The translations under genes were made by a program, and so were the position numbers. A DNA stretch of 61,368 nucleotides, the filler included, from Squatina squatina (Eukaryota), in assembly GCA_031763465.1 (NCBI GenBank). It is 4 parts of 4 records of this genome, joined end to end, with 100 filler letters (N's around TTAATTAATTAA, not from the genome) between each part and the next. Parts side by side here need not be neighbours in the genome. Positions count along the whole stretch, not along the records: positions 46,315 to 61,368 come from JARFOE010000080.1; 3 more parts are not named here. The stretch is one strand, 5' to 3'. Below are positions 53,205 to 61,368 of the stretch, piece by piece. The first letter of the stretch is position 1. The number at the start of each line of letters is the position of its first letter. A model generated the notes under the pieces. It was not told the origin of the DNA. It saw only the letters and a program-made list of their open reading frames with translations, and searched no databases.

Positions 53205-53356
53205 GGTATGAAAATATCTGTCAGAAATTTGGGACACAGTTTGAAGATCATGAATATAAAGACCTGAATACCAAGCTCTGTCATACAATTGTTCAGCACT
53301 CCACAATTATCTTCAAAATCAGTTAGTCCAATCATTTGAAAAAACTTTTGATTGTT
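53205..53356 (-). CDS. Divergent anoctamin (TMEM16) exon, TM5-6 loop and TM6, copy B
   Basis: tttacag|NNQKFFQMIGLTDFEDNCGVLNNCMTELGIQVFIFMIFKLCPKFLTDIFI cc|gtaagt; 152 nt, same length and phase as copy A. Confidence 0.88.
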
Positions 53357-53674
53357 CTGTAAATAAATGCAACAAAAGTCAATGGTTAATACATTTAAAT
53401 ATCAATGTAAATACTTGTTAAAATATTCAAATCACTAACCTGCCTGTCTGGGGTGGGGTTATGTGCACACAGTCGAATGCACCCGAGTCGGCATGTTGGA
53501 GCCTGCTTCTGGCGGTCTGACATTTTTGCCAGCTTAAACCCCCCACCCATGCCCAGATCCACACACTCCTCAATGTTAAAATTCCCGCACAGTGTTTAGC
53601 ATTCGACTTTGCTGTGGTGCAAATAGTAGGAAATCCACAGACATGAGCTCAAAATCTGGGCTGTCTCTATAGCA

Positions 53675-53985
53675 TTGAGACATTAAACTGACGCCTGTCT
53701 GCCCTCTCAGGTGGACAAAATAGATCCCAGGGCACTATTTTTAAGAAGAGCAGGGGAGTTCTTCCTGGTGTCCTTGTTAATATTTATTCCTCAACCAACA
53801 TCACTAAAACCGTTTATCTGGCTCTTATCTCATTGCTGTTTGTGGGAGCTTGCTGTGCACAAATTGGCTGCCGCGTTTCCTACATTACAACAGTGACTAC
53901 ATTTCAAAAAGTACTTCATTGGCTGTAAAGCACTTTGGAAGTCCGGTGGTCGTGAAAGGCGCTATATAAATGTAAGTCTTTCTTT
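53675..53985 (+). mobile_element. Deu-domain SINE (SacSINE1/AmnSINE1-like), core and tail
   Basis: CTGCCCTCTCAGGTGGAC..AGATCCCA.GGCACTATTTT.AAGAAGAGCAGGGGAGTT...GAAAGGCGCTATATAAATGTAAGTCTTTCTTT. Confidence 0.85.
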
Positions 53986-54318
53986 TGGAGCCTCCAGGAA
54001 TTGAAGGCAAATCTCCAGGATACTGCTGCAAGCAAACCCAGGAGAAAAATCACAGGGGCATTAAAAACTTAGTAAACTTCTGTTTACTCCTTATAAAAAT
54101 ATTGGGCATGGGGAAAAAAAATTGCTGTTTGACTGATAGTCAAGAATCATCCAATCGGGTAATGAAGAGTCTGTCCACTTTCCGATTGATGTCGGAATGC
54201 ATCATGAGGATGGACATGTTGGGCGACCAATGGTGAGCGTGTGGGCGGGGCAGTTGGAGGCAGGAGGTCATGTGACTAAACCCCCAGGAATCGGTCCAAC
54301 CAGAGTTGGCAATCCTAC
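53986..54318. mobile_element. Probable non-autonomous DNA transposon fragment ending GTTGGCAATCCT
   Basis: The end resembles the GTTGGCAACCCT termini of vertebrate non-autonomous DNA elements; recognised from memory only. Confidence 0.4.
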
Positions 54319-55088
54319 CCAGGAAGCTGGTGTTCCTTGTGCAGCACATGTGTATGAACACGTAACATGTCCATTGGAAATTTCGTGTNNNNNNNNNNNN
54401 NNNNNNNNNNNNNNNNNNNNNNNNNNNNNNNNNNNNNNNNNNNNNNNNNNNNNNNNNNNNNNNNNNNNNNNNNNNNNNNNNNNNNNNNGCGGACTTTTCA
54501 GGGACAGAAGATGGTTCCCTCATTACTTTTGGAATTGCATGAGGCCATATCAGGTTCAGAAGGATGTTCCGTCATAACAACTGGAATGGCAAGCTGGACT
54601 TACAGTCCCAGAAAAAAAAATGATTTGAGCTGTCCCTGCAGCTCTCTCTTTAAGAAGGCTGCCTAATAATTAACTCAGCAATATGGGGTCTTCTCTTCAG
54701 CAGTCCAAGCTATGTCCCTGTCCTAGACCCCCAAGCTGGGTCCCACATCTGCCATTCAACATCCTGATACTCTTACTTTCACCAGGCATGCCAGAGTTTG
54801 CAAATGTGGAAACTCCCAAGTTAAAGAGCTCCTGACCCCAGGCCCACCACTCCTGTAACAATAGCCTTGTTTAGAGCAGATAGAGGCCCCTCCCACTTAA
54901 GTCAAAATGGAAACACTGAGGACCTAGATGCATTCTGGTCCTAACCTAATTTGATGCCCTTCTGCTGCAGTCCAACCAGTATTAGGACAGGAATGTGCCA
55001 CTGAGAATTTTTTTGCCTTCTTGTTTTCACCACAGGAATAAGATATTGCTTGTTGTTGCTTCCCTTTTCCCATTACTGCATTACTTAC

Positions 55089-55198
55089 CTTTCTAAGAAA
55101 TGCAATATAAAACAGGGCTGTGTAACTGTTGGCAAAGTGGAAGGCAAACAGCTTCAATATCAGAGCATCATTGTAGTCAGTCTGAGTCCTGTAGTTTT
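55089..55198 (-). CDS. Divergent anoctamin (TMEM16) exon, TM5, copy B
   Basis: tctctag|aa NYRTQTDYNDALILKLFAFHFANSYTALFYIAFLRK|gtaagt; 110 nt. Confidence 0.92.
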
Positions 55199-55705
55199 CT
55201 AGAGATAAAGACAGTTTGTTAATACTAATGTTGTCTGGTACAAGTCAGTATCNNNNNNNNNNATAAAGTGAAAATTCTCAATGGCTCTTTCTCGCCTTAG
55301 TGAGTGGCTCTGGAGCACTGTTGATGTTCTATTGTTTACTGGGAATATAAAAAGTGTAAAGTATTATAATGATTAACAGTGTGTTGAACAGAGAGAAAAG
55401 CCAAGATCTGATACAAATGTAAAAAGGCGAGAAAGTCCGATTTAGTTCAGGATAACATGGATCTTAAAATTAGTGATTTAGGTTTTCTTCAGGATAAAAT
55501 TTCTAAACCAGAAGTCAATTTGAGGCAGTTTAGACTTAACAGATGCTAATGTTTTTACTGCATTTCAGAATTTCATAAATATGTTAAGTCTTAGCACACG
55601 TCAGTGAATGACTACTGCAATTAAGAATTAAAATCACTATTCAGTCAGCATTTTTTCTTTACATCAGATCCAGAAAACCCAGTAGCCAAACACCATAAAG
55701 ACTTA

Positions 55706-55870
55706 AAACTTGCATTTATATAGTGCCCTTCACAACCGCAGGATGCCCCAAAGCACTTTACAACCAATGAATCATTTTTGAAGTGCAGTCATTGTTGTAA
55801 TGTAGGAAATGTGGCGGCCAAGTTGCGCACAGCAAGCTCCCACAAACAGCAATGTGATAATGGCCAGATA
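55706..55870 (-). mobile_element. Deu-domain SINE 3' part, cut by gap
   Basis: Reverse-complement match to 53815-53980. Confidence 0.8.
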
Positions 55871-55970
55871 NNNNNNNNNNNNNNNNNNNNNNNNNNNNNN
55901 NNNNNNNNNNNNNNNNNNNNNNNNNNNNNNNNNNNNNNNNNNNNNNNNNNNNNNNNNNNNNNNNNNNNNN

Positions 55971-56080
55971 CCAACTGTGGTCAATAAAAAGCTCTCAATT
56001 GAGTTCGAAGTAGTTATTCTAATCCTTGCCCAGGTTTTGTAAATAACCACTGCAAGGGCACTGGCAAATACCCAGAAGAC
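55971..56080 (-). CDS. Divergent anoctamin exon, TM3 into TM4 (3' end lost in gap)
   Basis: taatacag|VFWVFASALAVVIYKTWARIRITTSNSIESFLLTTV..; phase 0 and in frame with the 57144 exon; V..Y(R/K) motif at the end of TM3. Confidence 0.82.
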
Positions 56081-57143
56081 CTGTATTAATACAAAGCAGT
56101 GATTAGGTAGTTAGTTGGTTAAGTGGTTAGTGATCTCATTCATTTTTATTGATACGCTGCAGTCAACCATTCAGCATGTGATCACCTGAATGGACACTGC
56201 AGCAGGGCCGTCCTTGGGATTTCATGGTAGACGTAGCCTACTTCAGAGATGGTCCTGTGTACATGCAGGTTCTGGGCTCCATCATTTCATGCACCTTGTA
56301 CAGGCTGAGACACCAAATTCGACAAGGGCTTCAACTGGAGCACAGATTTCCGATAATGTGCTTTCCTGCAGATCAGTGGAAGCACTGAGCCACAGTCCAA
56401 TAGCAGGGACAGTCATGCAACGGGAGTGGAACATGTTGCCTTCTCAGGAGGAGAGCATGTCTGCACCATTGCGCCTCCCTCCACCAACATCTGCCCTGAT
56501 TATAGAAAGCCAGTTGGGCCATATTGCACTGGTAACCAAGTTCCAAGAGGTTGTTGATCATGAATGCTCATCTGAGCCATAGCAGCCTTCCACCTCATGA
56601 ACCCACAAAGACAAAACTTTGCAGAAGCAGGTGAGTGAGTCATCAAGATGGGCATTATGCACTCATCTGGGTAATTAGTTTTTAGGCATTTGTGCAAGCC
56701 AGTAAAATTAAATTTTGAAGTGTGTCTCCTGGTAACTGCAATTTCATGAATATCAATATTCATTTTTGGCAAATAGTTTGTTCTATAAAAAAGATTATAA
56801 CTCAAAGTAAAATTAGTATTAACAATAGTACTTAGGAAGACTCCATGATGATCAACCGGCTTTGTCCTTGATTATGGAGAAACCAGTACTCTGGTCTGGC
56901 CTGCAAGGAGTGCTTAGGGGAAAATAAATGCATCTGCCATATTGAACATAAAAATTAGCTGATTGAGCCATCATGCGTTTATGCACACCAGATTCCCCAC
57001 GGCTGGAAATCAGAACAATGACTGCAATTCTGCAGATGTCCTCAGCGCTGACTATACCTAGCTGAACGGCAGAATTGGGATAAAGTATAATTTGATCCAT
57101 AAAGCAGGGATGAAAAAGGATGGTGAAAGGACATAATACTTAC

Positions 57144-57233
57144 CATCAGAATCCCCACTAAAAAAGAAAGTAGCATTTTTGTGCGTCGCAGAGTACCTGG
57201 GTAGTAAGGTTCAATTTCACCTGTAACTGGGTC
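57144..57233 (-). CDS. Divergent anoctamin exon, first intracellular loop into TM3
   Basis: tttgtag|DPVTGEIEPYYPGTLRRTKMLLSFLVGILM|gtaagt; 90 nt; matches the TMEM16 (N/D)P.T...EP..P motif. Confidence 0.88.
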
Positions 57234-58049
57234 CTACAAAATTAATGAATATTGGGTGAAGTCACAGATGTTGCTCATTTTACACCAGCAGTTGAATGCT
57301 TTCTTTTCCAAGTAGAGACAAAATACCTTTTTAAAAAAAAAACTTCCATAATTTACCCTTCGTTATTTTGTAATATAGCAGCACTCGATACACACAAACC
57401 TTGGGGCTTAACACTCTCCCTCACCGTATAGGCAAACTCAGGCTGGCGATGGGCTTGATTGGGGTTTATTAAAATTCTAAATTTTTAAAAAGGGATCTTT
57501 GCAAAATTATCCAACCATGATAAATACATCTTAAACACCGAGATTAACTCAAAACCAGCTTTGTTATTTCCCCCAAGAGAAAGAAACGGCCAAGTTATAT
57601 TAACCAATATATACGGAAGCCTAATTTCAAGTCAGGAGTAATCCATCCTTGTGTAAAGCAACATGAATATTCTAAAAGTTAAAAAATGTGATCAGTCTGT
57701 ATAATGTTTCAAAATATTCAACAAGTAGTTTGCATCATTTGGCACTGCCCCTATTCATTATACAGAACTCATNNNNNNNNNNNNNNNNNNNNNNNNNNNN
57801 NNNNNNNNNNNNNNNNNNNNNNNNNNNNNNNNNNNNNNNNNNNNNNNNNNNNNNNNNNNNNNNNNNNNNNNNTTCTTCAACCAACATCGAAAACAGCTCA
57901 TCAGGTCATTTAACTCACTGGTGTTTGTGGAAGCTTGTTATGTACAGATTGACCACAACAGTTCCCTGCCACTTCAAAAGCACTTATTTGGGTCGCTTTT
58001 GGATGTTGTGCGTTGACGAAAGGCATTATGGAACTTCATTAAAATCAAA

Positions 58050-58890
58050 GCAGGAGAATAGTAACAGACTTCAGGAGGACATAAGCAGATTGGCAAAATG
58101 GGCCGACACATGGCAGATGAAATTTAGCAGCAGTGTGACTCGATACATTTTGGTAGGAAGAATGAGGAAAGACAATATAAACTAAACGGTACAATTTTAA
58201 AGAGGGCAGAGAAAGAGAGACTTGGGTTGCATGTACAGAAATCTTTGAAGGTGGCAGGACAAGTGGAGAAGGCTGTTAAAAGCATATTGGATCCTTGGCT
58301 TTATTAATAGAGGCATAGAGTACAACAGTGAGCAAGTTATGCTAAAACTTGATAAAAGACTACTTCGGCCTCAGGCTTCAGCCCTCAGCTAGAGTAGTGT
58401 GCTCAACTCTGCACACCACACTTTAGGATGGACAGAGGGTGCAGAAGAGATTTACTAGAATGGTACCAGGGCTGAAGAGTGACTGGAAAAGCTGGGGTTG
58501 TTCTCCTTCGAGCAGAGAAGAATTGAGAGGTGGTCAAAATCATGAAGGGTTATGATAGAGTAAATAAGAAGAAACTGATTCCAGTGGCAGAACAATCAGT
58601 AACCAGAGGGCACAGATTTTCCATGATTGGCAAAAGGACCAGAGGCAGCAAGAGGTTAAAAAAGTTATGCAGCAAGTTTTGATCGGGAGTGCACTGTGAA
58701 AGGGCGATGTGGTGGAAGCAGATTCAATAGTAAATTTCAAAAAGGGAAGTGNNNNNNNNNNTGGAGGGAACATTTACAGGTATATGGGAAAAGGGCAGAG
58801 GAGTGGGACTAGTTGGATAGCACCACCAAAAAAGAGACAGCACAAGCATGATGGGCCAAATGGCCTTCTGTGTTGCATCATTCCATGAAT
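58050..58890 (+). mobile_element. CR1 LINE 3' fragment, degenerate
   Basis: RLQEDISRLAKWADTWQMKF... through to a CR1-type 3' UTR (ATGATGGGCCAAATGGCCT). Confidence 0.9.
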
Positions 58891-59549
58891 ACATCAAAGG
58901 TCAGAATGTTCAAACTTCTCACTGCCACCCAACTGCACAATCAGCAGGACAGGTTTACATAAGTGAATTCCATTGCAAATGTGGACATAATCAAACAAAG
59001 ACAAAGGGTGACAAAAACATGATAGAGAAGTCAAACAGCATTAATGTGTGGGGGATACAGATAAATATATTCAAAAGCCTCAAATCAGGAGCCAAACACT
59101 TACTGAAAAGTTGAATTTTTCCATTTACTAGTAGCACAGGTTGCATGAAGTGCTTTCTCAATAATAATTTTCCTTCCAGCAATGTTATTACATACATCCC
59201 TGAAATAAAGCAATACAAGACATGGTTAGCTTTACCACAATGTGTGTTGATGTAGCTATCAGAGTATCATAAGTCACTGGCAAGAATACAGCCTAGTTGT
59301 AATAGTACAATACTTGAAAAGACCGTTCTGCTCCATTGGGCTTGTCCCAGAGTCCAGAAACATTTTGCTCACCACTCTGGCTCACTTACTTCTCAATCAC
59401 TTGCATTGTCATCCATGGAGCATGAGTGCTACCAGGTTTCAGATTTACAACAGAGCTCAGGACAGGTTTGCTAATATTGATGAGACTAGTGTTGGTTTCT
59501 GTGCAAGGTTGATAGGATTGACTTCTTTAGATCATGCCAGGAAATTGCT

Positions 59550-60654
59550 TCATTAGCAGTGAAAGGACCTTGGTGAGACCACACCTGTGTACAGTTTTGG
59601 TCTCCTTACACAAGAAAGGATATACATGCCATAGAGGGAGTGGAACAAAGGTTCACTGGACTGATTCCTGGAATGGTGGTTGGGGGGGTGGGTGGGGCAG
59701 AGCAGAAGAGATAGAGTAGACGAGGTCTATGTTCTAGAATTTAGAAGAGGGGATCTCATTGAAACACAAAATTCTGACCGGGCTTGACAGGGTAGATGCT
59801 GGGAGGAGGTTTCCCCTGGCTGGGGAGTCTAGAATTTGGGGTCAGTCATTTAGGACTGAGTAGAAATTTCTTCACTCAGATGGTGGTGAATCTTTGAAAT
59901 TCTCTTCCGAGGGCTTTGGATGCTCAGTTTGAGTATATTCCAAGACAATGATCAATAGATTTTTTAGATATTAAGACAATGAAGGGATATGGATATAGAT
60001 ATAGGAGATCTTGTTTGACAAATGGATGGATGGACGTTTAGCGGACAGATGGATGTCAAAATTTGCCGATGATACCAAACTTGGAGTTGTGGCAAACAGT
60101 GAGGATACCAATCGACTGCAACAGGACAGATAGGCTCGCAGAATGGGCAGATGGAATTTAATACAGAGAAGTGTGAAGTGATGCATTCTGGCCGAAGTGA
60201 TAGGGAGAGGCAATACAGACTTCATGGCACAGTTTTAAGTGTGCAGGGACAGATGGACCTGGGTATTCATGTGCATAGATCTTTGAAGGTGGCAGGACAT
60301 AGAGAAAATAGTTAGCAAAGCATATGGGATCTTGGGCTTCATATAGGAGTTAAGTACAAAAGTAGGAACCTTTATAAAACTCTAGTTAGGCCACAACGAG
60401 TATTGTGTCCAGCTCTGGTCGCCACACTTTAGAAAGGATGCAAAGGTCCTTGAGGGTGCAGGAGATTTAGCCTTATGTTTTCTGGGATGAGGGATTTTAA
60501 GCTACAAGTTAGGTTAGAGATACTAGGGTTGTTCTCCTTGGAGCAAAGGAGGTTGAGGGGAAATTTAACAGACCTGAACAAGATTATGACAGGTTTGGAT
60601 AAGGTAGACAAAGAAAAGCTGTTCCCATTAGCTAATGGCACAAGGACTAGGGGA
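59550..60654 (+). mobile_element. Adjacent CR1 LINE fragments
   Basis: LVRPHL..; SKFADDTKLG (RT motif); LGLFSLEQRRLRGNL..KIMTGLDKVDKEKLFPL..TRTRG. Confidence 0.9.
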
Positions 60655-61200
60655 NNNNNNNNNNNNNNNNNNNNNNNNNNNNNNNNNNNNNNNNNNNNNN
60701 NNNNNNNNNNNNNNNNNNNNNNNNNNNNNNNNNNNNNNNNNNNNNNNNNNNNNNAATTTTATTTTGTTTTTCTCTGCATGTGCCTTCCCAACTAAAATTA
60801 GAATTATGACATGAATTCAGTTTTACAAATATTTTGGTAGATTTCATGGGAAGTATGTCGTTGCCAAGTGCCTCAAAAGGGCTCATTGTTGAGTCTTGTA
60901 TGTTGTTTTTGGAAATTGCACTTCTACATAGCTATGGCTTCTATACATATGCGTGTGCTTTCTGTGACTGTCCGTGCAGTGGTACCTTGTTGGGATAATG
61001 GTGTGTGATAATATCTTTATTTCTGCAGCTGTCTGTATCTGTGAGAAATTTAAATTTGCTAGTTGATTAGAATTACAAAATGATAACACATATCTTCGGA
61101 GTGTGAAGTTAAGGATTGTATATTTCTAGAAAAATAAGTGTTTATGACTCCTGGAAAAGTAACATGATCTTGCCACTCATTACTGTATTTTTCATACTAG

Positions 61201-61289
61201 GCAGATTTTGTTAAGGTAGCACACCCAGACCCTTCATTTCGAGAAGCTGCGGAGATCACCTGCATGACCATTGGTACAGTGGTGGAAAA
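61201..61289 (+). CDS. MIPEP: Mitochondrial intermediate peptidase, single internal exon
   Basis: catactag|[29 protein letters not shown] aa|gtatgt; 89 nt. Human MIPEP as recalled is [30 protein letters not shown]. Confidence 0.92.
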
Positions 61290-61368
61290 GTATGTTTCCA
61301 AAATTGACCGTGCAAGAATTGTTTGTGCAAACTAAAGGTTTACTTCTGTGTAATTGCAGAAAATCAAA

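Noticed and set aside
1-61368. CRISPR arrays, operons, rRNA or tRNA genes
   Set aside because: None seen; this is spliced vertebrate DNA, and the tRNA-like sequences are SINE heads.

Overview
Vertebrate genomic DNA, most likely from a shark or other cartilaginous fish, judged from the Deu-type SINEs, CR1/L2 LINEs, Penelope element and GC-rich MITEs. It comes from a fragmented draft assembly. Three artificial N44-TTAATTAATTAA-N44 linkers (14591-14690, 27403-27502, 46215-46314) join four unrelated scaffolds, and each scaffold is a chain of roughly 0.5-5 kb contigs separated mostly by 100-N or 10-N gaps, so adjacency across gaps is unreliable. Scaffold 1 (1-14590) has no identifiable protein exon. 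Scaffold 2 (14691-27402) has six minus-strand exons of ATRNL1 and one stray plus-strand RALGPS1 exon. Scaffold 3 (27503-46214) has a CpG-rich promoter-like contig, TNFAIP2/EXOC3-family exons (one with an in-frame TAA) and a Penelope GIY-YIG fragment carrying a minimal hammerhead ribozyme. Scaffold 4 (46315-61368) has exons of a divergent anoctamin (TMEM16) and one stray MIPEP exon. The main result is that the anoctamin TM5+TM6 exon pair occurs twice. Both copies replace the TM6 Ca2+-site motif NNxxE with KFxxD, and they differ at the two positions known to tune pore charge in TMEM16A (Q/E versus H/K). All protein identifications come from manual translation and recalled family sequences; no database search was run.
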